Shown here: in pieces, positions 49,589-59,258 of the stretch
Numbering within the stretch: the stretch's first letter is position 1
Layout of the letters: each line of letters starts with the position of its first letter
Position numbers and translations under genes: made by a program
The notes under the pieces: model-generated
Told to the model about the DNA's origin: nothing
The model's input: the letters and a program-made list of their open reading frames with translations, nothing else
Databases searched by the model: none
From: a virus
DNA length: 64,000 nt
Reading direction: 5' to 3' (one strand)
Virus record (IMG/VR): IMGVR_UViG_3300025732_000019

Positions 49589-51685
49589 TTACACCGCCCC
49601 CACGACTTCTTGGAACGAAACGCCTGAACGAACCGCCACGAAATTCAACTGAATGAAGTTGATTGAACGTGAAGGCTTCACATAGATGTCACCCACAAAC
49701 TGATTTGCATCCACCACTGCTGGTGTGTTGTTTGTGGTATCGCACACGACTAAGAAGTCAGTAACGCCGCGGCGTGCTTTCACATCCCGCAGATACGGCT
49801 CCACCACATTCCGGAATGCGGAACGCGTGTACTCGTCGTTGAACTCAAAGAGTTGGCTCTTGGCATAGCGTGCAATCGTCTTTTCCAATGCAATGAAGAG
49901 ACGGCGCACATTGATACGGTCAAACGCACTCGGACGGCTCAGCAACGTCTTATCGCCGTAAAGCACGACGCCCTGTCCGGGGAAGCTCACGACAGGATTG
50001 ACTCCCACCTTGTAGATGTCGTCGCGGTCGGCTTGCTTCGGATTCCACGCCAACTTCACGACGTTCTTGATATTGCCACGCGTGAACCCTGCGGGTGAGA
50101 ACCACGGATCGTTGGTCGTATCCGTGCGTGCTGCCAAACCGGCCATGTCGCCGTTGAGCGGCACCCACCGATAAACGTCGTTATACTTGTCGTAGGTGTA
50201 CTTCCACCCGCTATCCATCACCGCGTAGCTGCTTGAAGGCAGATCGTTACGATCTCCAATCACGTCATCCACTTCGTTGTCTGCGTTGTCGACCACGCTA
50301 GCCTTGAGCGGTGAAACGAACACCACGCAATCCTTGCGAACTTCTGCAATGTTGCTGATGAGGTATCCAGCGGTAGCCATTGACGCGGGGCCCGCTGCGA
50401 GTAACGAGATGTCGTACTGATCCGCATCTGCGAACAGATCGTACGCAGTCTGCACTTCACCCGCACTGATCACTTCGTTCGCGTCGTTGCCGCCATCAAG
50501 CGACTTCGTGTATGGCAATACCGCAGCACCGAACGTCAGACCCGTTGAGGGTGAACCCCAGTTGGTTGTGGTGCCCACGTGACCCATCCACCATACGTAT
50601 GCAGACTGACGGTTGAGCACGTTTGCGTAGTAGTTGGAATCGCCATTGAGCGTCTTTGCATCCGATGCCTTTGACAGGAACGCAAAACGCTCAAGCACGG
50701 TACCGGGAACGCCTGTAAACAGACCGTCTTGGTCGACGACAACCGCGTGCAGTTCATCTGTCGATCCGCTGCGAGCCGTAGCCCAATCACTTGTACCCGG
50801 CGCCGCATCAAACAGTGAGTTATATTCCCACTTGCGCGACCAGTTACCTGTCGTGAATGAACCCGTATCGTCTGCAGCTTCTGCGAGCGTCAATGCCGTG
50901 TTGCTCGCGACGGATGACACTTGATATGACTTTCCGTTCGCCACAATGTAATCACCAGCAAGCAGTTCGCCGGAAAACAATGTGCCTGAGCCAGACACGC
51001 TGGTGCTATCCGCAGTCAGCGAAAGTGTGCCCGTAAGGCCACTGTTGCTAAATGCGCCAGCACTGGGGCACAGACTCACTTTGAGTGAGTTGCCAAGATC
51101 GCCCGGCCATTTTGCGGATGCAAGGCCATATCCGGAAGCACCTGACGCGTAGTTGTTGTCGTGATCCGCATCATTCTGCACCAGCACGCCATACGCGGCG
51201 ACTGTTGCACTTGACACAGCATTCGACAGCGCCGACGTCACCGTCAGCGAGGTGTTGCTGGCAATAGAGTTGACAGTAGCTTCCACGCTACCGGCCAATA
51301 CGATCTTCTGACCAACTTTCAGTTCTGTCTGAAAGAGTGTCCCGGTGCCTGTCAATGCAGTCGCACTAGAATTCGCAACAGTACCTGTCAGCGTCTTGAA
51401 TGCGGCAGTTGCATTCAGTGCTCGCGCACTCAGCGCACGCACCACTTTTAACTGGTTGGAATACGACAGAAACGACTGCGCAGTGAACCAGTATTCGTAG
51501 ACGTTTGTATCTGGTTTGCCAAACTTACGCACCAAGTCTTCTTCCGAACTAACATTGATAACATCGAGGCCTGGGCCCCACTGAAACGGGCCAGCAAAAC
51601 CACCTGCGGAAAGAGAAACTGCTTGAACGCCAGCGGTCAGATCAATTTCTGAAATGTTGACGCCCGGCGAAACTTGAAATGCCAT
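49589..51685 (-). CDS. gp18: tail sheath protein (gp18)
   Basis: SPGV...E.D, F.WGP, PWFSPAG..RG, FDRINVRRLF, KP.RSINFIQLNF. Confidence 0.97.
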   Translation of the reverse strand: MAFQVSPGVNISEIDLTAGVQAVSLSAGGFAGPFQWGPGLDVINVSSEEDLVRKFGKPDTNVYEYWFTAQSFLSYSNQLKVVRALSARALNATAAFKTLTGTVANSSATALTGTGTLFQTELKVGQKIVLAGSVEATVNSIASNTSLTVTSALSNAVSSATVAAYGVLVQNDADHDNNYASGASGYGLASAKWPGDLGNSLKVSLCPSAGAFSNSGLTGTLSLTADSTSVSGSGTLFSGELLAGDYIVANGKSYQVSSVASNTALTLAEAADDTGSFTTGNWSRKWEYNSLFDAAPGTSDWATARSGSTDELHAVVVDQDGLFTGVPGTVLERFAFLSKASDAKTLNGDSNYYANVLNRQSAYVWWMGHVGTTTNWGSPSTGLTFGAAVLPYTKSLDGGNDANEVISAGEVQTAYDLFADADQYDISLLAAGPASMATAGYLISNIAEVRKDCVVFVSPLKASVVDNADNEVDDVIGDRNDLPSSSYAVMDSGWKYTYDKYNDVYRWVPLNGDMAGLAARTDTTNDPWFSPAGFTRGNIKNVVKLAWNPKQADRDDIYKVGVNPVVSFPGQGVVLYGDKTLLSRPSAFDRINVRRLFIALEKTIARYAKSQLFEFNDEYTRSAFRNVVEPYLRDVKARRGVTDFLVVCDTTNNTPAVVDANQFVGDIYVKPSRSINFIQLNFVAVRSGVSFQEVVGAV

Positions 51686-51747
51686 AGAACATTCTCCTAA
51701 TATGGAGTAAGTGACTGAAATAAGCCGTTGTTATGCGGCGACATGGT

Positions 51748-51754
51748 TATTTAG
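51748..51754 (-). promoter_or_regulatory. late promoter for gp18
   Basis: CTAAATA. Confidence 0.65.
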
Positions 51755-51758
51755 GGAT

Positions 51759-53420
51759 TTACGTTTTCCAGAAATCCGTATCCTCCACCACCGCATATCG
51801 TGACGATGTTGCATCTTCCCATGTGACTTCTGGTTGTACATCAAAAAACCCTATAAACGGTTCCTCCAGCGTAACGGGTTCCGCTTGGTTCATGAGCATG
51901 CGACGCATCGACAGACCCACATAATTTTCAAATCCACTTTGTGCCGTCAACCATCCGAGAATCACCAGCGTCATCACACAGTCGTCATGTGCGCCTTCTT
52001 CCGCTTGATAGGTGCCGCCTTTCGCGACAAATGTCGTGAGTTCTCGAAGTGTTTGGTAATCCGTAATCAGCAATTGATCCCGTTCAATCATCGCACGAAG
52101 TTGCGCACACCCAATACGTTTCGTCGCTTGCGTCATGCGCAATCCCATACGCGCTTTGGGATTGAACCCCCCTCCAAGCATTTGCCCTTTTTTGGGATGT
52201 GAGCGCACATAGATCATGTTCTCATACTCTAATTCTGTGTGCAGCGAATCCGCGACCGTCAACCCCACGTCATTGATTTCCACGAGCACGAACGCATTGC
52301 AATAGTATTGGCCGATTTGTTTGACTAGGGGTGCTAACAACTGCGGTGCCAAATTGTTTCGTCGAAACATCGCGACTTGACGAAACGGCGCGACTGAAAT
52401 ATCGAAGACGCTAATGGCCGCATAGTCTTGTTCGTGCCCTTGCGACGTATCGACAGTCATGACATAGACATGCGCGGGATCCCGTTCGTCAGCGCGAATG
52501 GGTTTGACGTAGATCTTGAGATCGCCTCGATCTTCCACAGGCGTCATATACGTCATCTGTGAGAGTTTATAGCCCGGAATCAGCGTGTTTGCGGATCCTT
52601 GGAACGAGCATTCAAACTCTTGCTGGAATGCCTGCTCACCAAGATTCTTGCGCATTTCCTCGGCCCATTGCTCGTCGCGACCGGGCACATCACGCCACGT
52701 AAACCCAATCGTCTTATAGGTATTACGTTTTTCTTCCGAATCATTCCAAATCTTGTAAAACAGATTGTATCCGTTTGGTGTGCTAATGACGAACAACTTC
52801 GTCGTCTTACCAGACGAGATTGCCGGAAACACGGAGGTCATGAACTCACCCGCAATGTTTTCAGGCACGTGCGCAAACTCATCGAGGAACAGAATGTTGA
52901 ACGTGTCGCCGCGGATGGCGCTGGCACTGGTGCTTTCCGCACGTACGCGGGAGTTGTTCGCGAGCATGATGAGCTTCTGATCCCACTTGAGAATGCCTTG
53001 CTTTAGGAAGTTGGGCAGATACTCATACGACTGCTTCAATCGGCGCAACAGCTCAATCGCAGTGTTTTCTTTATTCGCAAGAATGCCAACACTTACATCC
53101 GGATGAAAGGTAATGAACCAGAGAAAATATCCACACACCACGACGGTCGATTTTCCCGACTGACGCGCCATCTTGCAGATAACGAATCGGTTGTTTTCGA
53201 AGACGTCGATGATGCTCTCTTGGAACGGCCACATCTTGAACGGCACGATACCATGATCGACGTGCACGATCTTAACGTAGTTATTGATGAAGTAGAACGG
53301 GTCGTTCGCGCATTTCACATACTCTTCAAGTTCTGCTTGTGTAAGCGAGACTTGTTCGTTGGGAAGCGGCAGGTTGGGGTTCCCGTTATACCCCTTTTCA
53401 GAGCGGGTACTCTTAGGCAT
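51759..53420 (-). CDS. gp17: terminase large subunit (gp17)
   Basis: RQSGKST, LDEFAH, STPNG, QEFEC, HDDCVM. Confidence 0.97.
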   Translation of the reverse strand: MPKSTRSEKGYNGNPNLPLPNEQVSLTQAELEEYVKCANDPFYFINNYVKIVHVDHGIVPFKMWPFQESIIDVFENNRFVICKMARQSGKSTVVVCGYFLWFITFHPDVSVGILANKENTAIELLRRLKQSYEYLPNFLKQGILKWDQKLIMLANNSRVRAESTSASAIRGDTFNILFLDEFAHVPENIAGEFMTSVFPAISSGKTTKLFVISTPNGYNLFYKIWNDSEEKRNTYKTIGFTWRDVPGRDEQWAEEMRKNLGEQAFQQEFECSFQGSANTLIPGYKLSQMTYMTPVEDRGDLKIYVKPIRADERDPAHVYVMTVDTSQGHEQDYAAISVFDISVAPFRQVAMFRRNNLAPQLLAPLVKQIGQYYCNAFVLVEINDVGLTVADSLHTELEYENMIYVRSHPKKGQMLGGGFNPKARMGLRMTQATKRIGCAQLRAMIERDQLLITDYQTLRELTTFVAKGGTYQAEEGAHDDCVMTLVILGWLTAQSGFENYVGLSMRRMLMNQAEPVTLEEPFIGFFDVQPEVTWEDATSSRYAVVEDTDFWKT

Positions 53421-53430
53421 ATGCGTTCAC

Positions 53431-53880
53431 TTACTTAGTGTCTTTTTGGATAGAACGAAGCTCTCGTAACAAATCAGCAGCGCGTCCGACAAACACAGCT
53501 TTTTCGATTGTGACGTTGCTTTCGTTTTGATCCGTTTTGACTTCTGTAGAGGCGTCTTTTCGTGCTTTATGCAAATGCACTAGTTCTTTGTTCGCATTGA
53601 CAATAGCGGTGAGCATCGTGGCGACGACTTCATACGCTCGCGGGCTGTCCCCACTCTGCGCTAACAAAATGGCGCTTTTTGCCGCTTCCTTGACATCATT
53701 GATGCTATCGGTGATCGTGGTGCGGGCATATTGAAAATCTTTTTCTAACGCACCATTCGGAGGGGCCTCGACGGGTTCTGCCACCACAAGTTCAGTCGAT
53801 GTCGTAGTCGCGAGCGCCGTCGATGCATTGGCCACTAACGTGGGTTCGACATCAAATATTTCATCTAATTGTTTCGTCAT
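53431..53880 (-). CDS. gp16: terminase small subunit (gp16)
   Basis: DFQYAR...PRAYEV...AVFVG...DL. Confidence 0.85.
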   Translation of the reverse strand: MTKQLDEIFDVEPTLVANASTALATTTSTELVVAEPVEAPPNGALEKDFQYARTTITDSINDVKEAAKSAILLAQSGDSPRAYEVVATMLTAIVNANKELVHLHKARKDASTEVKTDQNESNVTIEKAVFVGRAADLLRELRSIQKDTK

Positions 53881-53882
53881 AC

Positions 53883-54683
53883 CTAATCAGGTTCGTATGT
53901 GAAGTCTTCCGTAATCGTCGTATTCGACGTAATCGTTGTTGACGTACTGTTGATCGTCTGATTCGCGGGATCCGCTTGCACCGTGATCGTCACCTTTGGC
54001 AGCGTGTTCGCATTCGGTGCTGACAGATCTTCATACGGAGAGTTATACAGATTGACGATGACTTCTTCGATACGCTTACTATCCTTGACTGGGCCATAAA
54101 AGAACACCTTCATCGAAAATTCCAGTGTCCAGATAATGACGCGGCGCGTGACAAAATCGCCTTCATAATTATCCGAATGTGACACGCTTTGCAGCGTAAT
54201 CGGCACCACATCAACAAGATCCGGATAGTTCGCTAACGGTCGAACAGCAATCGTATAATCGGGAGTGAAGAATGGAAGAATCTGTTCAACAATCTGCATA
54301 CCATCCTGTTGCAGTTTTGTCAAGACGGAAAGCGTCATCGTTAGCGTATACGGCACCCCGACATACAATTTTGCTAACTTATGTTCTTCATTGCTGTTGA
54401 ACTTGAGATTATTGAGCGTGTTCATCTTCCGCGACGGATCGTATGCGATATTCGACAACTCATACGAAATGCGCGGCACGACTTGTGCCACACCACGCAG
54501 AAATTCTGGATCTTGCGTGAGTCGCGTCAACCATCGCTCTTTGGGGCCGTATTCTAACGGCACCTGTTCACGAAACGTCTCGGCGCCGCTTTCATTCTCA
54601 CGGGTAATCGTGATGCTGTCAAACAGTGACCCAAACGCTAACAGATAGCGACGGAGAAGAAGATGCTTGAAATGCGTGTGCAT
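53883..54683 (-). CDS. gp15: tail sheath stabiliser (gp15)
   Basis: FGSLF, VPL.YGPK, YDP.RK, QIVEQILPFF.P, YEGDF..RR. Confidence 0.92.
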   Translation of the reverse strand: MHTHFKHLLLRRYLLAFGSLFDSITITRENESGAETFREQVPLEYGPKERWLTRLTQDPEFLRGVAQVVPRISYELSNIAYDPSRKMNTLNNLKFNSNEEHKLAKLYVGVPYTLTMTLSVLTKLQQDGMQIVEQILPFFTPDYTIAVRPLANYPDLVDVVPITLQSVSHSDNYEGDFVTRRVIIWTLEFSMKVFFYGPVKDSKRIEEVIVNLYNSPYEDLSAPNANTLPKVTITVQADPANQTINSTSTTITSNTTITEDFTYEPD

Positions 54684-54686
54684 ATG

Positions 54687-55559
54687 CTAATCGTCTAACA
54701 TGTGTGTGCCGCGAGTGACAACGACACCCAAGGGATTGCCTTGCAAGAACTCGTTGTCGCTGATCGGATCGTGAATCGTCGGTGCCGTATTCGGTGTGGT
54801 ATTGCTGACGACCCATGCCGCGTTACTGTTCGCACCACGTACCGTGGTGACATTCGCGAAGGTGCCCGTGATCTGCTGCACCAAGAGCGTGCGCGTATTC
54901 GCTGTCCATTGATAGACTTCGCCCGTCGCTGTCGCGGATGCAAGGTTCGCACCTTGATAGGCAGTTTCACCAATCGTGAAGGTACCATTTCCGCCCGCGT
55001 TCATGACGAGCGCAATCGTGTATGCATCACGTGAGGCGACAGCATCGACATCAGTATTGCCAGTGTTGACGACTTCGTTCGTGAAGTTCATCATCTCACA
55101 CCGAAGCTCATAGGTGTAAAGTTTACCTAACTGGAACAGTTCTTCTTTGTTTTCCACAAATCGGATTTCAAACAAATACCGATTTGTCGGCGTCATCTGA
55201 ATATAGATAAGATCATTTTCGCGAGGTCGCACAATCGTTGCATCACCTGCCGTCACCGTATTTGCAAACCGTCGCTGCGACACAACGAGTGTGATCTGAT
55301 CTTCGATGTGTAACCCGAATTTGCTGATGAACTCAGATTGACCCGTAAATGCTTCGTACGACTTGACGTACATCTCGACTTCAATCGCATCTTGAAAGTT
55401 CGCTAGTGGATCTTCGCCCAGAAACGCATCGATGTTGCCTTCAGAACGCGGCAAGTAGTAGACGTTGTGGCCGTAGATCTGAATGGATTCATCAATCAGA
55501 TCGGCGACCAAATTTTGCTCTGTAGCAAATGTCGTCTGATTAAAATAGGGATTGATCAT
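54687..55559 (-). CDS. gp14: neck protein (gp14)
   Basis: EQ.L..DL..ESI.IYG..VYYLPR, SKFG, RP.E.DLIY, FQLGK. Confidence 0.92.
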   Translation of the reverse strand: MINPYFNQTTFATEQNLVADLIDESIQIYGHNVYYLPRSEGNIDAFLGEDPLANFQDAIEVEMYVKSYEAFTGQSEFISKFGLHIEDQITLVVSQRRFANTVTAGDATIVRPRENDLIYIQMTPTNRYLFEIRFVENKEELFQLGKLYTYELRCEMMNFTNEVVNTGNTDVDAVASRDAYTIALVMNAGGNGTFTIGETAYQGANLASATATGEVYQWTANTRTLLVQQITGTFANVTTVRGANSNAAWVVSNTTPNTAPTIHDPISDNEFLQGNPLGVVVTRGTHMLDD

Positions 55560-55565
55560 GACGGT

Positions 55566-56579
55566 TTAGCCAACAATAAACTGCGGCGGTTCCTGAAACT
55601 CTGTGCGCACTTGTTCTTCCAAATCGCGAATTTCCTGTTGCGCTTCTGACAGAATCGCACGACCGTCAAGATTCACTCCGCCGGGTAATGCGATGCCCGT
55701 GTACTTGGAAAGATTCAACCCCCATTGACGCTTGATCAAGGATGTGGCATACCGCTGCAACCACCGATCACTCCATACATCGGTATACGCTGCGGGGTCG
55801 ATGGTGCGATACCCTTCAAGCACAATGTGCTGACCGGGCGCGAATGTTGCATACCAGTTCACATCGACGTAGAGACGATTCATGTGTCGTGAGAAGCGCA
55901 CCGATGGCCGACCACGGAATGTGTCGTTCAGCAACTGCTGATACGAACGACCAATGTGATACGGGATGATTGAATTGGAGGTGAAGTTCGACAACAGCGA
56001 GATATTGAACTGCGACTGCGGGTCGAACAGAATATCCGCAGAGATGCGCGAATCGAACGGGGGAAATACCTTTGTAATGCCAATCACCGAATCGACAACG
56101 GGAAACCATTTGTTGTCCATGTCGCCAAACGTCACACCGTTGGCTGCCACAGTACCAGTCGCGCCCGATTGCTTGCCCAGAACAACTTCTCCCGCCACAA
56201 ACGTCTTGCGAGCGGTATCACTGTAACTATCTGTGGTCGCAGCGCCGGTATTGGATGAGGCGACCGTAAAGAAAATAATGGAAGTTGAATTGACGGTACG
56301 CGTGACGATGCCTTGCACGTTTGACGTTTGACCGACAATCATTTCACTATTGGTAAAGGTTCCCGTGGTCGCTCCGGTAAACAGTAGTGTGCTGCCCGTT
56401 ACCTCATGGCGCATATACGTCTTGACCACCGCATCCATGTGATACTGCTGATAGACGTATAGCGACTCATCGATGCGATCTTCCACTTGCGCATCAGAGA
56501 CGTTGATCTGAAGTACACCATCGCCAAGAGCGCGAAGGCAATACGATTTGAAATCGTTACGTGTAGTTGGAATGGCCAT
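55566..56579 (-). CDS. gp13: neck protein (gp13)
   Basis: YCLR.LG....INV...Q.EDR, K.QWG.NL.KY.G..LPGG. Confidence 0.92.
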   Translation of the reverse strand: MAIPTTRNDFKSYCLRALGDGVLQINVSDAQVEDRIDESLYVYQQYHMDAVVKTYMRHEVTGSTLLFTGATTGTFTNSEMIVGQTSNVQGIVTRTVNSTSIIFFTVASSNTGAATTDSYSDTARKTFVAGEVVLGKQSGATGTVAANGVTFGDMDNKWFPVVDSVIGITKVFPPFDSRISADILFDPQSQFNISLLSNFTSNSIIPYHIGRSYQQLLNDTFRGRPSVRFSRHMNRLYVDVNWYATFAPGQHIVLEGYRTIDPAAYTDVWSDRWLQRYATSLIKRQWGLNLSKYTGIALPGGVNLDGRAILSEAQQEIRDLEEQVRTEFQEPPQFIVG

Positions 56580-56585
56580 AAAAGG

Positions 56586-57941
56586 TTACGAAGCCCATTT
56601 ATTGGTACCGACAGGCAGCACGAGGCGGCCTCCGGTGCTATCGAAACGTGCAATCGCATTGACACTGACATTCGCTCGCAAATCCGCGGCCCCCAATACG
56701 GCGAGTGTGCTATTGAGTGTGGTGGCGCCTGTGACCCCGAATGTACTCAGCGCATTGACTGCGCCTGTCACGCCCAAGGTACTCAGCGCATTGACTGCGC
56801 CTGTCACACCGAAAGTGCTCAATGCATTCACCGCGCCGGTCACGGATGCGGTATTGCTGAACGTGGCCGCCCCGGTAATACTTGCGGTTCCACCTATCGT
56901 CACATTACCGAATAGCGAATTGCCTACGACGTGTAACGGAGATGTGGGTGAACTGATATTCACGCCGACACGGTTGTTGACGGTATCGACAAACAAGACG
57001 TTGCTATCAACCGCGACGTTACTGGTAAATGACGCCACACCCGTCACATTGACGGTATCACTGAATGTGGCGGCGCCAGACACAGATAATGTCGTGCTGG
57101 TGCCTGCAGGTGCCGCCAATAACCGCCAACGACCTGTGGCTGTGGTGTACAATAGCGGAATTGAACCACCGGGTGGCACGTCAACATCTTGGTTGGAGAC
57201 AGTCTTGAATCGGTTCAGGGCGCTCGATGACGGGTCTTCACTCTTGAGCGTAATCTTATAGGAACCGGATAGGTTCTGAAGGTATAGTACTTTAGCACCG
57301 ATAGACAGGTTTGTGGGAGCGACAATACCCGTCAGAATAATATTCTGCGTATCCGGATTCATGTGCACGACTTGCGCATCGTGCAATCCACTGGGATTGT
57401 AATTGTCGTATTGTGCTGACGACACGGTAGCCGCAATAACTGCTCCACTTTCGCTGAACAGAATTGACCGCATGTAGGCGGTGTTCGATGCCACCAGATT
57501 GTTCGCAACGGAAACGTTGCTTGCAAATGATGCAACATTACCGATTGTCAGTGGCCCAGATGCGGTAAATGTGACCGCACCATTAAATGTGGCGGCAGCA
57601 TTCACCGATAGCGGGCTGGCGTTAACGACGGTTCCACCGGGCGACTGGAATAGTGTCGTATTCGCGGACACACTGACGACCAGCGCGGAACTATTGACAG
57701 AGACGTTGGCGCCAAATGTCGAGTTTCCCGCAAGAAAAAGACCACTCAAGTTCGCGAGCGTTTTTCCGCCATTAAGCGACAGACTCGTATTTGTATGGGA
57801 AGAATTACCAATCGTGAAGGCACCGATAGCATTGCCGCCCACAACGACGGTATTGCTATTCAAAAGATCAATAACCGTATTGGTACGGGTGACCCATGTG
57901 CGGAACGTATCGGTAGTTTGTATCGGTGTAATCAGTGGCAT
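56586..57941 (-). CDS. fibre-like virion protein
   Basis: S/T/N/V/G-rich beta repeats; LFVDTVNNRVGVN...P...LHV.G; termini shared with 61985-63697. Confidence 0.75.
   Translation of the reverse strand: MPLITPIQTTDTFRTWVTRTNTVIDLLNSNTVVVGGNAIGAFTIGNSSHTNTSLSLNGGKTLANLSGLFLAGNSTFGANVSVNSSALVVSVSANTTLFQSPGGTVVNASPLSVNAAATFNGAVTFTASGPLTIGNVASFASNVSVANNLVASNTAYMRSILFSESGAVIAATVSSAQYDNYNPSGLHDAQVVHMNPDTQNIILTGIVAPTNLSIGAKVLYLQNLSGSYKITLKSEDPSSSALNRFKTVSNQDVDVPPGGSIPLLYTTATGRWRLLAAPAGTSTTLSVSGAATFSDTVNVTGVASFTSNVAVDSNVLFVDTVNNRVGVNISSPTSPLHVVGNSLFGNVTIGGTASITGAATFSNTASVTGAVNALSTFGVTGAVNALSTLGVTGAVNALSTFGVTGATTLNSTLAVLGAADLRANVSVNAIARFDSTGGRLVLPVGTNKWAS
56725..56843 (-). repeat. 36-bp tandem repeat x3.3 (VTGAVNALST[F/L]G)
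   Basis: Units start at 56725, 56761, 56797 and 56833. Confidence 0.85.
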
Positions 57942-57950
57942 AGATGTCTA

Positions 57951-57957
57951 TATTTAG
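57951..57957 (-). promoter_or_regulatory. late promoter
   Basis: CTAAATA, 9 nt from the ATG. Confidence 0.6.
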
Positions 57958-59258
57958 GTAAAAGTTGTCATGACTCCCATTTCCACGTTCGGTGTACGAA
58001 TCAGGGGCGCGGGTGTGCCCACATGATATTGTTCACACAAGGTGCGCACGTCGATTTTTGCTTGCCAATCACTATAGCAATATGGAAACTGATATGGTAT
58101 TTCTCGAATCCACGCCGCAACATTACTTGCGTCTGACGGAGACATTTCCGTCAGACGTGCAGGATTAAACAGCACCGCTGTAGGGTTCCAGTCGCGCCAT
58201 GTGCCGTCTTGAATACGAGCCGCAGTAAACCGTGCTGTCGGAGAAATCGGATGTTGGGCACGATGAATCGCGTCAGCGTTCGTATCCACTCCCGCAATAC
58301 GAATATCTGGTCTATATATAGTTAGTCGTCGCAGCAGATGCCCATTTCCGCATCCGAGATCCAACACACGTGCCTGCTCCGGTAATTGCGTCGCTAACGC
58401 AGGGATCATATCTTCGTGAGTCGTACGCATGCCTTCTGCAGACGAAAATTGATTATCCTTCCATAGCGTCTTTCGAACACGCTCATAGTGCCCCGTACGA
58501 AAGAACTGCTGTTTCTGCGGCGTCCAGTCGCTGCGTGTTGAGATCTTCAACGCAGGTGTGACGATCTCCGCAATACCAAATAGTCGTGACCACTTTAGCG
58601 GCCATGACAAGACTTCACGAATGGTGTGCATCTCCTCACGGTATCCATGTGCGCAACCCAAATCAAACATCGCGTGACCGATGCGTTGCGACGCGTCGCA
58701 CGTATAGGAACACGGCATATGCGACACCAAACGCAGGCCCATCCAGCGCAATAGGGTGCTCGCGTAGGGGTCGCTATTCGGATGCGCACCCTCGCGTGTT
58801 TGTTCCCACGTGCTATCGACACGACCCGCGCCCCATGTGGCATCATACGCGTCTCGGCAGCAGGCGGGATAGCCTAAGAGTTCGCCATACTGCGCATCGG
58901 TTTGTGGAAACGCCCGGTCATAGTATTGCGGGTTCAAATACAAAACCCGATAGACGAATTTTCCATCGCGAATGGGTTGAGAGGTGCTGCTATACGAAGA
59001 GGCAACACCTACGGTAGTTTGTGGTACGCATAGAATGTTATGCCGCGCAGCCCAGCGGGTGGCCTCAATAAGACCATCGGAAGGAACATTCTGAAACGCG
59101 GCGGGTCGCAGACCGTGCACAACAGCCAATCGTTCGACATCTTGATACGCATTACTCGCACGCGTGAACAATGGTTGCCACCACTCGCGTTCATCAGCAC
59201 TGCGCCATGACCATCGTGTCCAATCCGGGAGTACCGGAACATTATCTCTTGTTGACAT
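57954..59258 (-). CDS. Cys-motif (DUF483-like) domain fused to class I SAM methyltransferase
   Basis: LLGYPACC, HMPCSYTC; VLDLGCGNG, GVD; SD GGAG before ATG 59258. Confidence 0.75.
   Translation of the reverse strand: MSTRDNVPVLPDWTRWSWRSADEREWWQPLFTRASNAYQDVERLAVVHGLRPAAFQNVPSDGLIEATRWAARHNILCVPQTTVGVASSYSSTSQPIRDGKFVYRVLYLNPQYYDRAFPQTDAQYGELLGYPACCRDAYDATWGAGRVDSTWEQTREGAHPNSDPYASTLLRWMGLRLVSHMPCSYTCDASQRIGHAMFDLGCAHGYREEMHTIREVLSWPLKWSRLFGIAEIVTPALKISTRSDWTPQKQQFFRTGHYERVRKTLWKDNQFSSAEGMRTTHEDMIPALATQLPEQARVLDLGCGNGHLLRRLTIYRPDIRIAGVDTNADAIHRAQHPISPTARFTAARIQDGTWRDWNPTAVLFNPARLTEMSPSDASNVAAWIREIPYQFPYCYSDWQAKIDVRTLCEQYHVGTPAPLIRTPNVEMGVMTTFT

Noticed and set aside
1068-53420. Introns, inteins or stop-codon reassignment in core genes
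   Set aside because: gp43, gp41, nrdJ, gp17, gp20 and gp23 are uninterrupted and of normal length; TAA, TAG and TGA all end genes.
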